A stretch of DNA of 64,000 nucleotides, from contig JAWMAR010000001.1 in NCBI GenBank assembly GCA_036785375.1, positions 10,230,001 to 10,294,000 on the forward strand. The letters run 5' to 3'. Shown here piece after piece: positions 1 through 11,755 of the stretch (the first letter of the stretch is position 1; every line of letters begins with the position of its first letter). The DNA comes from Leucoraja ocellata. Lineage: Eukaryota. The notes under the pieces are model-generated. The model worked only from the letters and a program-made list of their open reading frames with translations. It did no database searches and was not told where the DNA came from. The position numbers and the translations under genes were made by a program.

Positions 1-110
1 CTCCAGAGTGTACAAGCCCAGCTGCTCCATTCTCTCAGCATATGACAGTCCTGCCATCCCGGGAATTAACCTTATATTGACATGGATAAAGAACTGGTTG
101 GCAGACAGGA
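1..110. mobile_element. CR1 LINE fragments (minus 1-73, plus 74-110)
   Basis: 1-73 is the reverse complement of the CR1 segment RLIPGMAGLSYAERMEQLGLYTLE; 74-110 reads ILTWIKNWLADR like CR1 ORF2. Confidence 0.7.
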
Positions 111-642
111 GCACAGTAGAGAGCATGCTGACCGGTTGCATCGTGGCTTGGTTCGGCAACTTGAGCGCCCTGGAGCGGAAAAGACTACAAAAAGTAGTAA
201 ACACTGCCCAGTCCATCATCGGATCTGACCTCCTTCCATTGAGGGGATCTATCACAGTCGCTGCCTCAAAAAGGCTGGCAGCATCATCAAGGACTCACAC
301 CATCCTGGCTACACACTCATCTCCCCGCTACCTTCAGGCAGAAGGTACAGGAGACAGAAGACTGCAACAACCAGGTTCAGGAATAGCCACTTCCCCACAG
401 CCATCAGGCTATTAAACTTGGCTCGGACAAAACTCTGAACATTAAAAGCCCATTATCTGTTTATTTGCACTTAATCAGTTTATTTATTCATGTGTGTATA
501 TATTTATATAATAGTATATGGACACACCGATCTGTTCTGTATTCATGCCTACTATGCTCTGGTGTTCTGTTATGCTGAAGCAAAGCAAGAATTTCATTGT
601 CCTATCAGGGACACATGACAATAAACTCTCTTGAACTCTTGA
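106..642 (+). mobile_element. Rex-Babar-type LINE 3' fragment
   Basis: TVESMLTGCIVAWFGNLSALERKRLQKVVNTAQSIIG (C-terminal of the RT), then a 3' UTR ending AATAAA + TTGAAC-type repeats; near-identical to 52757-53095 and 48914-49107. Confidence 0.85.
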
Positions 643-715
643 TCATATTGAATGGCGGTGCAGGCTCGAAGGGCCAAATGGCCAACTCCTGCACCTATTT
701 TTCTATGGTTCTAGG
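641..715 (+). mobile_element. CR1 3' tail fragment
   Basis: gatcatattgaatggcggtgcaggctcgaagggcc...ttctatggttcta, the same 3' end as the other CR1 copies. Confidence 0.8.
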
Positions 716-981
716 CATCTAGGCATTTCTGTTGTGCTAGTAGTTGGACCTCAAATATTCCAAGTTGTTTAAGTTATGATTTAGTTCTCTAATCCCAAAT
801 CAAAATCGCATTATAGACTATTCAGTCTGGATAATACTGATAATGTTATATTATTTATCAATCACATTCAATTTGCAGTGTGGAAACATGAGTTATAACA
901 GAACTACATTTATCAAGCTCCAGATCAGAGTATTTTGGATAATTTACAAGGTGACATGGCACCAAATTATACATATGGCAT

Positions 982-1286
982 GGCACGGTGGCGCATTGGT
1001 AGAGTTGCTGCTGTACAGCTCCAGAGACCCATGTTCGATCCTGACTATGGGTGCTGTCTGTACGAAGTTTATGCATTCTCCCTGTGACTTGCATGGGTTT
1101 TATCCGCGATCTTTGGTTTCCTACCACACTCCAAAGATGTACGGGTTTGCAGGTTAATTGGCTTGGTATGAAAATATAAATTGTCCCTATTGTACGATAA
1201 TGTAAATGTGCAGGGATCGCTGATCGGCACTGACACGGTAGGCTGAAGGGCATGTTTCCGTGCTGTATCTGGAAACTAAACTAAAT
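982..1286 (+). mobile_element. tRNA-derived V-SINE (HE1-like)
   Basis: A box TGGCGCATTGG, B box GTTCGATCC, V-domain-like GGTTTCCTACCACACTCCAAAGATGT, (AAACT)n tail. Confidence 0.85.
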
Positions 1287-1667
1287 AAGCCATTTATTAT
1301 CCTTATTATATTCCTTTATTTTCTGACATGATTGGTTTTTAAGTGACTCTAAAATGTTCAAGACAAATGGGGAGTAGCAGAGATTTTAGCTTCAAGGAGA
1401 TTTTACCAAAATAAATTAGGTAGGGCAAACACTATAAATTGTACCGAGAAACAGCAAAGAACATATGACTGGTAAAATAGAAATGTAAAGATGAGGGATA
1501 GACAAATACGGAATGTTGGGGATATGTGCAACAAAAACAATGTCCATATAATGCAAGATATAATTTTAATGTCAATTTTTAAAAACAATACAACTAGAGT
1601 GGTGAAGGCAAAGGATTGTGATGAGATTAACATCTGTTGAGCGTTTGACGGCACTGGGCCAATATTT

Positions 1668-2075
1668 GATGGAGTTTAGAAAAATGAGGGGAGACGTCAT
1701 TGAAGTACAGAATAGTGAAAGGATTAGATAGAGTGGATATGGAGAGGATGTTTCCACTGGTGGGGGAGTCTAGGACTGGAGGTGATAGCCTCAGAATTAA
1801 AGGACGTACTTTTAGGAAGGAGATAAGGAGAAATGTATTTAGTCAGAAGGTGGTGAATCTGTGGAATTTGTTGCCTTAGAAGGCTGTGGGGGCAAAGTCA
1901 GTGGATATATTTAAGGCAGAGATAGATTCTTGATTAGTACAGGTGTCAGAGGCAATGGGGAGAAGGCATGAGAATGTTGTTAGGAGAGATATATCAGCCA
2001 TGATTGAATGGAGGAGTAGACTTGATGGGCTGAATGGCCTAATTCTACTCCGATAACTTATGATTGTATGATGTC
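1668..2075 (+). mobile_element. Older CR1 LINE 3' fragment
   Basis: Diverged EFRKMRGDVIE...VVNLWNLLP segment plus CR1 3' UTR with a microsatellite tail. Confidence 0.8.
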
Positions 2076-2514
2076 ATTGAAATGTCATTTTCCAAAACAA
2101 TGCGTTATTTTAATTTTTGGCCACTTCTACTTAGAAAGTGGCAACCATGATTTTTGAGGCTCCAGCTTCATTTGCCTTAGGTCAGTTTGGGTATCTAATT
2201 TATGGACTTGGCCAGTGTTACCTGTAGTTTTTTTTCTGCAAATGTGATGGATGGGAAGAGACCCAAAGCAGCAGCAGTGTTGATTATATTGTAGGCAGCG
2301 CAGAAGCACTTAAGCAAAGACAATTCGAAAGTAAACATTTTAAAATAACTAAATTTAATATAAAGAAAAAAGATTTTATTCTCTTATACGAACAAATTCT
2401 TTCATTACAATTTTGTTTAGCATTATATATTCCCTCAGCTACTGGTAATTATGGTTTAATATTGTGATTCAAGAAAATAAATATATTATGTTGCTGCATT
2501 TATTGTTTATCTAG

Positions 2515-2649
2515 TCATGGCTTCAAACAATATGTACTGCAAATAACTGGCAGCATGAAAACTCCCCAATCATATGGCGAGAACTTGTGGACCGTGGAGG
2601 AAAGGGATCGCTATTAGGTGGATTCAATGAATTTATGGAGTATGTACAG
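2515..2649 (+). CDS. MDH1B: MDH1B internal coding exon (135 nt, phase 0/0)
   Basis: ctag|TCA...CAG|gtagga; translates [45 protein letters not shown], matching the distinctive MDH1B N-terminal motif [20 protein letters not shown]. Too short for the ORF track. Confidence 0.95.
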
Positions 2650-3564
2650 GTAGGATGTACAGTAATTTGCAAGTTGGAAATATGTTAGAAATTGAATTAA
2701 TTTTGTCATAAGTTTTTCTGAACTAGAAGTGCCAATGCTTTGAAAAATGGCAGGATGTCATCTAATCCTGGCAGTTTGTAGCTACCTTGTAACTGTAGAC
2801 TGTCTACTTTTGTAGGTGAACATGTGGTGACCTAGCACATTGTTTGGTTAAATGACAGGGATCACCAGTGCATTCTTTTATTCCCCTGTACTGTGAAAAG
2901 CTCCCTCAAATTTACATATTTCCATCTGCTTTTGGTTTGTTCTCTATTATTTGCTGTATGGTGTTCATCAGTAGGGGCATAAGAACAGGATGAGGCTTTT
3001 TTTGTTCAAGTGCTTATTTCACCATTCAGTATCAAGGCTGACATGTGGCTCATTAACATGGACCCACCTTTTCCCTCTCCCCATTTATATTTTTGGTTTA
3101 GAAAAATCCATCCTTCTCAGATTTAAAAATAACTATTGACCCAGGATCATTTGCCAACAATTAAAAAGGTCCAAATATCTGCTCATAGACTTGTTTCCAA
3201 CAAGATTCCTGACTAGAAGTATCTAATTTTTAAGCTTATGGTCTTTATGCCAGATTCTAGACTAGACTAAGTGGGGCCCGTTGGGTCCCATGTTCACACA
3301 GGAGGGCTGGTCCCCCAACGCAATACTCCACCTCTCCACCAATTCCAATATTGGTGGCCAGTGGGAGGGGGGGGGGGGGGCTTTCTATAGCACTAGTATG
3401 GGTGTGGTGGGCTGAAGGGACTGGTTTTCAGAGGGCTAGTATGGACATTGTGGGCTGAATGGATTCTTGGGCTGGCAGCTCAGTCACTCAAGCCTGGCGT
3501 GCTGGCAACTCACTCACTCACGGCTGGTGGGCTGGCAGTTGACTCACGGCTATTCCTGGAAATT

Positions 3565-3723
3565 CCATTTCAAGCAGGGTGCAAGGCCACCAAATTCAAA
3601 TGCAGTTTCCTACCATTTCAAGCAGGGTGCACGGCCACCAAATTCAAGGGCAGTCCTACCACTTCAAACAGGGTGCAAGACCACCAAATTCAAGTGCAGT
3701 TTCATGCCATTTCAAGCAGGGTG
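3565..3723. repeat. Minisatellite, ~3.3 copies of a 46-48 bp unit (inside Helitron)
   Basis: CCATTTCAAGCAGGGTGCAAGGCCACCAAATTCAA unit starts at 3565, 3613, 3659 and 3707. Confidence 0.9.
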
Positions 3724-4109
3724 AAACCACCACAAGACCACATAAAACACCACATAAAAACCACACTCACAGTTCAGTAGACATTCAGTGTGTTCAGTTG
3801 GTTCACAGCTCAGACAGAGAGTCGTGACCTCTCTCTCCCCCATTTTGCAGAGACCTGGTTTATAGTCCCTCCCCCCTCCCACCGGAAAGGCTGTGGCCTT
3901 CGTGGCATGATTGACAGGAGAGAGAATCGCAACATTTAAAAAACACTAATAACTTTTATTTTTAATTGATGGGAAAAATCCTCTGCACCTGATGAGCGGA
4001 GGGGGACTCTGAGTAAGATGGCCAAAAATCATAGCCATGTGGTAGTGTTGTTCCTAAAATCAATATACAGTGCAAACAGGAAGTGGTCAAGTTTAAACAT
4101 TTAAATATA

Positions 4110-4436
4110 AGCTTTTTCAAGCCAACCACCACATTTGCTTAGTATTTTCAAACCAACCACCACCACCACATTTGCTTAGCATTTTCAAACCAACCACCAC
4201 ATGTGCTTCGCTTTTTCAAACCAACTACCACCACATTTGCTTAGCTTTTTCAAACCAACCACCACCACCACCACCACATTTGCTTAGCTTTTACAAACCA
4301 ACCATCACCACCACCACCACCACCACCACATTTGCTTAGCTTTTTCAAACCAACCAACCACCACCAGCACAATTGCTTTGCTTTTTCAAACCAACCACCC
4401 AACCACTACATTTGCTTTGCTTTTTCAAACCACATT
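4110..4436. repeat. Minisatellite with variable (CCA)n core (inside Helitron)
   Basis: About 9 copies of GCTTTTTCAAACCAA(CCA)nCATTTGCTTA. Confidence 0.9.
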
Positions 4437-4522
4437 AAGGGCACTAACTGGTCAGTAAAAACACCCACAGTTTAGTAGACATGTGTTCAGTGTTATTCAC
4501 TGCTCAGACTGAGAGTCGTGAC

Positions 4523-4939
4523 TCGGCTTGTACTCGCTAGAATTTAGAAGATTGAGGGGGGATCTTATAGAAACTTACAAAATTCTTAGGGGGTTGGACA
4601 GGCTAGATGCAGGAAGATTGTTCCCGATGTTGGGGAAGTCCAGGACAAGGGGTCACAGTTTAAGGATAAAGGGGAAATCCTTTAGGACCGAGATGAGAAA
4701 AACATTTTTCACGCAGAGAGTGGTGAGTCTCTGGAACTCTCTGCCATGGAAGGTCGTTGAGGCCAGTTCATTGGCTATATTTAAGAGGGATTTAGATGTG
4801 GCCCTTGTGGCTAAAGGGATCAGGGGGTATGGAGAGAAGGCAGGTACAGGATACTGAGTTGGATGATCAGCCATGATTATATTGAATGGCGGTGCAGGCT
4901 CGAAGGGCCTACTTCTGCACCTATTTTCTATGTTTCTAT
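4523..4939 (+). mobile_element. 5'-truncated CR1 nested in Helitron
   Basis: LYSLEFRRLRGDLIETYKIL...GYGEKAGTGY, TTTCTATG tail, flanked by GTGAC (4518-4522 / 4940-4944); the empty site is visible in the duplicate module near 3820. Confidence 0.9.
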
Positions 4940-5379
4940 GTGACCTCTCGCTCCCCCATCCTGCAGAGACTGAGGCAGTCCACACTTCCGGGTTTTATAG
5001 TCCCTCCCCCCCTCCCGCCGGAAGGTGCGTGGCCTTCAAGGCGTGATTGACAGGAGAGAGAACCTCAACATCTTTTTAAACATCATTAAGTCTTTTATGT
5101 TTCATCGATGGGAAAAATCCTCTTGTCCTGCGCAACTGAGAGGGACTGAGTAAGATGACTAAAAAACACAGCCGTAAGTGGTAGCATTTTATCTAAAATC
5201 AATATGCAGTGCAAGCAAGAAGTTGTCAAGATTTGAGTTTTAATTATATAGATAACCCCAGTTTCTTACCACCTTCAGTACCTTCTGCACCTTCCGCCCT
5301 ATTAACATTTACATTCAACAAATCATTCTTCATGCTTTCTGCAGCTCTATCAAAATCATGGCCAGTCACATATTTTCTT

Positions 5380-5690
5380 CCCCTCCCTTTTCAGCATTTC
5401 AAAGAGATAACTACCTTCACAGCTCTTTTGCCCATCTTCAATCCCCACCTACTGTTCCCCATTGATTGGCATTTTCCATGCAATACGTGGGGCATAGTAC
5501 CTGTCCCTTCATCTGTTCTCTTCCACCTCTAGGGATTCAAAGCAGTTTTCCAGTGAAGGCAAAGATTCATTTCCACTTCTTCCATTTAATACATTGAATT
5601 TGATGTTTAAAATGTGGCCTCCTCTGTTTTGAAGAAACCAAATACAGATGGGGTGATCGCTTTGTGGAACACCTGTGGCCAATCATAAGA
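5380..5690 (+). mobile_element. Highly degraded Penelope fragment
   Basis: Similar to the GIY-YIG region at 14700-15060 (e.g. gggtgatcgctttgtggaacacctg). Confidence 0.55.
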
Positions 5691-5935
5691 TATGCTACCA
5701 TCAAAGTACTGGATGTATAAATGAAAATATCTGTCTCAGCTTTCCCTTACTAATTAGACTCCTGCGTCTGGACACAGACATGATCATATAATTTTGATAA
5801 TAGAGTAAGGGCACTATCTTGTATGTGAAACATTAAACCAATTTTCCATCTGCGTTTTTAGATTTCCACAAAGCATTTTGCGGCATTATTTCAAAGAGGA
5901 TTTCTCCACTCTGCTAACTCTTTATCTCTCTATAA

Positions 5936-6778
5936 TCTATATATTACTAAAACTCTCATCTTGTTTGTTTGTATACGTGTGTGCGTGTGATCCCAAAACC
6001 CCGCCAAAGCGGTACACGATATCGCTATAATTTTTGGCCCACCTTACTCACTTTTGTCCTGGGATGTAAATGAAACACTTTTTGTTCGGCTTAATGTTAT
6101 ATTTTACATTATTGACATTTTAAACTTTACAAAAATCACTTTTCAAACCACCTTTCCACTTCCCCTGCCCGTCAGCCGCGTTCGACATCACAATGATGTC
6201 ACAATGGGATCACGAATCTCATTTACATTAAAAAATTCGCAATTTTCAAAAAAACTTAGATTTAATCAAATTCCGTTTTCATAAACAGCTATCATTGTGT
6301 TTAGGTTATTTGTAAAGAAAAAACACGATTTTCATTGAGAATTTCATTTCAAAACAAGTATCGCAATTTTCATTGGGGGGCGGGGTGGGTAAGGGGGAAA
6401 GTTTAATTTAAAAGAAACATCGTGATTTTCATTGTGGGGGGTGGGATAGGAAGGAGGTGAGAAGTGGGGGAGCATAGGGATGGAGGGGGGTAGGGAGGGG
6501 AGAGGGAGGGGAAGTGTGGGAGGTGAGGCGGGAGAATGGAGATAGAGGGAGAGGAGTGGGGGATAGAGGGAGAGGAGGGCAGTGGGGGAGATAGAGGGAG
6601 AGGAGGGTGGTAGGGAGAGGAGGGTGTCGGGAGGGGAGATGGGTTATGGAGGGAGGGAGGGAGTGATTGAGTGTAGGGGAAAGTGGGTGGAGAGGAGGGG
6701 GAGGGAGTGCTGGAGCTATGGGTCAGTGGTGGAATATTGCCTTGGGGGACGGGCCCAATGGGTCCGCACCTGGTCTAG
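5936..6778 (+). mobile_element. Non-autonomous Helitron
   Basis: A|TCTATATATTACTAAAACTCTCATCTTG ... GGGCCC-AAT-GGGTCC hairpin, then GCACCTGGTCTAG|T: TC...CTAG termini, A/T target, no TSD; internal GA-rich tract. Confidence 0.82.
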
Positions 6779-8276
6779 TTATCCATAAAAATAACCAGAG
6801 TGGATTTTATCACCTTTCTGTTTGTGGAAGCTTTCTCTCTGAAAATTGGCTGCAAACCTTTCTACATTACAATTTTAAAAAAATATTTGTTTTTCTGTTA
6901 TATTTTCTACTGGTGTAGGTTAGTGTCAACTGTAATTTGATAATGATCCTCTAAAAATATTGGGACAGTTTGCTATATTACAAGTGGTAGATAAATGCAA
7001 GTTGCTGTTATGCCGCACTTTAGAATGGAATATGAACATCAGTAAAAGCGTCAGCAGTTGACGATCCACCCCTCTACGTGGCAATATACTGTGATTTACC
7101 TAATCTCTCTATGACATCCACTCAGAGCATGGGGTAGATGTGAGATTTACATGATGGACTTGAACCCTTTTCTACTTCCGGGCAGCTGTTCTTTGCACTT
7201 CACCGGCCCAATGCGCTCTGTGATTGTGTAGGGGTCCTGCCAGGTGACCAGAAACTAGCACTCAGTATTCGGTAGTATCAAGACTCGGTCACCAGACTGG
7301 AATGCACGGGGCTGGGTCGGCTGGTTGTAGCTCCTCTGTTGGGTTAGCTGGGCCTCTTCCATGTGTTTTCTTACGATCGGTGTTATCTTAACGATATGTT
7401 CCCTCAAATGCTGAATGTGCTCGATCAGCGAGCGATGTGGTGATGGTTGTTACTCATATGCTTTCTGTTTGATATCAAAGAGTCCCCAGGGGTGTTGCCC
7501 ATATATAGAAGTTCAAAAAAGGAAAATCCGATGGAAGACTGGGAAACCTCCCTGATGGCAAAGAGAACCTTTTGGATCATCAAATCCAAGTTTTTCCCAT
7601 CCTCAGCCACCACCTTGTGGAGCATGCGCTTGTGTTAGGTTGAATCGCTTCACGAGGCGGGAGGTAAACTGAGGTGTGTAAGTGGCGAGCACAGAGGAGC
7701 TTACATTGGCCATGATCCGGGAGATTAAGAGGTTGCCCTGGTCGATAAGTAGGTCCTTTTGGGAGGCCAAATAAGAGAACCTGTTCTCAATCAAAGGCTT
7801 TACTTGTAGCCTTTCTAAAGGGATTGCCTCCGGGTATTTTGTTAGTCAAGGATTTAGGAGGCAGCTCTATCAAGTTCATTCCAATGCACTCAAAGGGCAT
7901 CTCAATGAGGGCAGCAGTACTAGAGGGGCTGGAGCTGGGCGGTCCTCCAGGTGCCCTCCCCATGGATAAGTGCTAGCCTGCTAGCCAGTTCCACTACAGT
8001 GTCTATTTTGGAGTGCGGTAAACCAATAATCCAATAGGCTCGCCTCCCCATATGAGGCCACTTTTAACCATTAGGTCGTTGTCTGGGTATCGCCCCCCTC
8101 TTTGTTCACTCTATGAAATTGAGTGTAACAATTCTTTAATCGGTCGCCTTGCTCTGATCCATCCTGAATGACCCTTCCTCCCCTGCTTGTTCAAAATAAT
8201 CTAATAGAGGGTCAATTTGTTGGGGCAACTAATTTAGCCAAATGAGTGTAATGTGGCTGCCCATTGGTATGGAGGG

Positions 8277-8400
8277 TCATAAGGTCATAAAGAATAGGAG
8301 TAGAATTAGGCCATTCGGCCCATTAAGCTTACTCCGCCATTCAATCATGGCTGATCTATCTCTCCCTCCAACCCCCATTCTCCTGCATCCTCCCCATAAA
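8277..8400 (-). mobile_element. CR1-type 3' tail fragment nested in Gypsy
   Basis: ggtcataaggtcataagaataggagtagaattaggccattcggccc..., the reverse complement of a CR1 3' UTR like that at 1960-2070. Confidence 0.7.
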
Positions 8401-8859
8401 CTTCTTCATGTGAATCTACCCTACAATGAGTGTGTTGGTGTAGTTGTTGTTGAGCTGATCCCCATGTTTAGAGTGGTTGCCTTTCTTCCGGCACCCATGG
8501 GTGATGCAGCCCATCAACCATGTTTTGGGCATGGGATGGGGGCGCCCTTGGCATGGTCCCTGTGCCCTGGGCTATGAGGTGTGCTTGTGCCTTTCTGTCC
8601 TGCCCACCAGCTGTTTGGGCCGGGGTCCTGGTTTCCTCCAGAGAGGAGTAGGGCATCTGGCCATGCTGGGACCCCCAAGCCATGGCTCGTGTTGCTTGAG
8701 CTCGGTCAGCGTAGTCGATGATTTCCTCATAGGTCCAAGGGGCTTGTGCTACTATGCGCTAGTCCTTAGCCGGCAGGCTTCTTAGATAGTGATCCATCAC
8801 TGCGTGGTCCACTACTTCCTCAGGTTTATGTCAGTGGCCGTGAAGCCAGCAAGTGAAGA

Positions 8860-9003
8860 GTTTTGTGCTATTTTCTTGCTTCCAGTTCCTCCCCCCTATA
8901 ATTAGTCTGAAGAAGGGTTTTTCTCCAGACATGCTGCCTGACCCACTGAGTTACAGCAGAATTTTGTGTTGATCTTTAGTATAAACCAGCATCTGCAGTT
9001 CAT
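8860..9003 (+). mobile_element. Penelope pseudo-LTR fragment
   Basis: agtctgaagaagggt...atgctgcctgacccactgagtta...ccagcatctgcagttc, shared with the Penelope 3' ends at 15340-15465 and 17090-17190. Confidence 0.7.
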
Positions 9004-9495
9004 TTTTATTATAGAGAGTCTCCTTAATTTGGCCATCTCAGCCCAGAATATCTTTGGCATGTCTATTTGTGAAACTGCTAATCTGCAACTACATGTGAGA
9101 GGCTGAGGGGGTGTAGTACTTTTGCCTTGACAGTGTCAGTCAGTAGCCGGTGCTTGGGGCATCAAAAGAAATAAGCCTGCTGGGCCTCCCCAGTAAGATA
9201 CAGGGCAAAGGTGTACATCCAATTCTCCCACTCCCACCCTTCTCTCTCAGCAGTCAATTCAAATGTTTACAATATTTGCTTCCACATAATTTTACTTTGT
9301 AAGCTTTGTGAGATGTCCATGGGTCATACGTACACTCCCAGTCACATCCTGGGATGCATGCCTTCACTGACATAAAGCATCAGTGGTTCCATTACTCAAG
9401 CAAAGTAATTGATCAACTTGAGTGGTCCATTGTTGTTCCAGGGAGACTCTCTGGAACAGCAGTTCAATGCTGGCCTCTGGCAAGTGCCAGATCAG

Positions 9496-9634
9496 NNNNN
9501 NNNNNNNNNNNNNNNNNNNNNNNNNNNNNNNNNNNNNNNNNNNNNNNNNNNNNNNNNNNNNNNNNNNNNNNNNNNNNNNNNNNNNNNNNNNNNNNNNNNN
9601 NNNNNNNNNNNNNNNNNNNNNNNNNNNNNNNNNN
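9496..9634. other. Assembly gap (N run)
   Basis: Continuous Ns. Confidence 1.
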
Positions 9635-10471
9635 GCGGCTCAAACACCGCGGCCCGGGGTGGTTGAAGCTGCCGCCCACCAGTCCTGCAGAAGCAGCTGC
9701 TGGCCCGCGGCCGAACCCCGGACTCAGGCCACCGCCGCCAGAACACCGTCCCAGCCACCCTCACGTGAGTACTGTGCCGTCCTCAGCCTCGGGCTGGGCC
9801 GCCCCGACTTGGGCGCCGAACCTCCCCCGGACCGGGCCGCCCCGACTTGGGCGTCGCTTCTCTCCCCGGACCGGGCCGCCCCGACTTGGGCGTCGCTTCT
9901 CCCCCCGACCGGGCCGCCCCGACTTGGGCGTCGCTTCTCTCCCCGGACCGGGCCGCCCCGACTTGGGCGTCGCTTCTCCCCCCGGACCGGGCCGCCCCGA
10001 CTTGGGCGTCGCTTCTCCCCCCGGACCGGGCCGCCCCGACTTGGGCGCCGAACCTCCCTCGGGCTGCAGGGCCGCACCTTCCCGAGCTCGGCCGCTCCGA
10101 CGGGAGCCTCGTTCCACCCTCGGGCTGGCCGCCCTCACGGGAGCGTCCCAACCTCTTCCAGCCCTGAGCCGGACCACCCTCACGGGAACGAGCTCAGAGC
10201 GAGTCCTGACGGTGCTCTGCCTCCGGAGCCTCGAGGTCGTCAGCTCCATTAGGCCTCAGCGCAGACGGAGGCAGAGAAGGGGAATACGACAAAAAGGTCG
10301 TATTCCCCCGCAGGGAGAGACTGCAAACCCCGTTTCAACCCCCCCCCCCCCCCCCAAAACTAAAGCTAAAACCAAAAAACTAAACTAACCAAACAAAATA
10401 AACAACATAAAAAACACAAAGACAACGGGACCGCCGGTAAGCCGCTGCAGCCAGAGCCGCGCCGCCACTCC
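9635..10471 (-). mobile_element. CpG-rich non-coding interspersed element containing a 39-bp tandem array
   Basis: Architecture (GC head, T-rich tract, poly-G/GAAAC, GGCCTA..GGAGC motif) shared with 30440-30737, 42095-42720 and 59660-60550; truncated by the gap. Confidence 0.6.
9795..10052. repeat. GC-rich minisatellite, ~6.5 x 38-39 bp
   Basis: CCGGACCGGGCCGCCCCGACTTGGGCGTCGCTTCTCYCC repeated; it explains the overlapping Pro/Gly/Arg-rich ORFs. Confidence 0.95.
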
Positions 10472-10578
10472 GAGTAGTCAGTATATTCATGCCCACACTC
10501 TCCACCAGTGTGGCATCAGGTAAGACACCAGGTCCGTAACAACTGCACCAAACCACTTATCGTAGGGTAAACTCACAT

Positions 10579-10666
10579 GAGTCTGAAGAAGGGTCTCGAC
10601 CCAAAACGCCACCCATTCCTTCACTCCAGAGATGCTGCCTGGCCCGCTGAGTTACTCTAGCCTTTT
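10579..10666 (+). mobile_element. Short Penelope pLTR module with hammerhead-like core
   Basis: GTCTGAAGAAGGGTCTCGACCCAAAACGCCACC...; together with the nested Rex it is flanked by TAAACTCACAT (10568) and TAAACTCGCAT (11771). Confidence 0.7.
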
Positions 10667-11755
10667 AAGTAAGTAAGTTAGTTTATTGGCCAAGTATTCA
10701 CATACAAGGAATTTGCCTTGGTGCTCCGCCCACATGTAACAACATGACATAGTGACAGTTACAAATGACTCAGAAAACACTAAACATTAATAATAATAAA
10801 ACATTTATGATAAAACACCATTGATCAAGCATGTGAACCAACAAAATACCAGATCAAAGGGAGGCTACAGATTTTGGCTGTTGAGTAGAGTAACTACTCG
10901 TGGATAAAAACTGTTTTATGTCTGGCTGTAGCAGCTTTGACAGTCCGGAGTCGCCTTCCAGAAGGAAGTGATTCAAAGAGTTTGTGGCCAGGGTGAGAGG
11001 GGTCAGAGATGATCTTGCCCTCTCGCTTCCTGGCCCTTGCAGTGTACAGTTCATCAATGGAGGGAAGGTTGCAGCCAATAACCTTCTCTGCTGATCGGAC
11101 GATTCGCTGCAGCCTCCAGGTGTCGTGCTTGGTGGCTGTGCCAAACCTTACCATGATGGAGAAGGTGAGAACAGACTCTACGATGGCCGTATACAATTGG
11201 ACCATCATTACCTGTGGCAGATTGTGCTTCCTCAGCTGCCATAGGAAGTACATCCTCTGTTGTGCCTTTTTGACTGAGGAGTCGATGGTAGCTCCCCACT
11301 TAAGGTCCTTGGAGATTATGGTTTCCAGGAACTTAAAAGACTCCACAGATGTAACTGTGGTGTTGTTGATGGTGAGTGGGGTGAGGATAGGGGGAGCTCT
11401 CCTAAAGTCTACAATCAATTCCACTGTCTTAAGAGCATTGAGCTCCAGGTTGTTGCAATGGCACCAGGAGGCCAGGTGGGACACTTCCTGTCTGTAGGCA
11501 GATTCCTCCCCATCCTGGATCAGTCCAATCAGGGTTTTGTCGTCCGCAAAATTGAGAAGCTTGACAGAGGTGTCTGTGGAGGTGCAGTCGTTGGTGTAGA
11601 GAGAGTAGAGGAGAGGAGAGAGTATGCAGCCTTGCGGTGCTCCTATGCTGAGCGATTGCAGGTCCGAGATGTGCTTTCCCAGCCTCATATGCTGCTTCCT
11701 GTCCATCAGGAAACTGGTGATTCACCAACAGAGGAGTTCAGGCACAGTCTACACA
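10667..11755 (-). mobile_element. Rex-Babar LINE, 5'-truncated
   Basis: ORF 10894..11706: [20 protein letters not shown]...FADD (RT) and KAQQRMYFLWQLRK; 3' tail AATAAA+(TTAC)n. Confidence 0.9.

Larger units (their letters stand above)
3262..5252 (-). mobile_element. Non-autonomous Helitron with nested CR1 and duplicated 5' module
   Basis: The minus strand starts A|TCTATATAATTAAAACTCAAATCTTG and ends with hairpin GGGACCC-AAC-GGGCCCC followed by ACTTAGTCTAG|T. It sits between A and T with no TSD; its termini resemble those of 5936-6778. Confidence 0.8.

Noticed and set aside
982-1060. tRNA gene
   Set aside because: The A/B boxes belong to a SINE head followed by a V-domain and tail; no complete cloverleaf.
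4110-4436. Repeat-spacer-like array resembling CRISPR
   Set aside because: The 'spacers' are only variable (CCA)n runs; vertebrate context with no cas genes; it is a Helitron-internal minisatellite.
9354-10388. Long overlapping ORFs (344 aa, 276 aa, etc.)
   Set aside because: They run through an N gap and a stop-free GC-rich tandem repeat; no protein signature.
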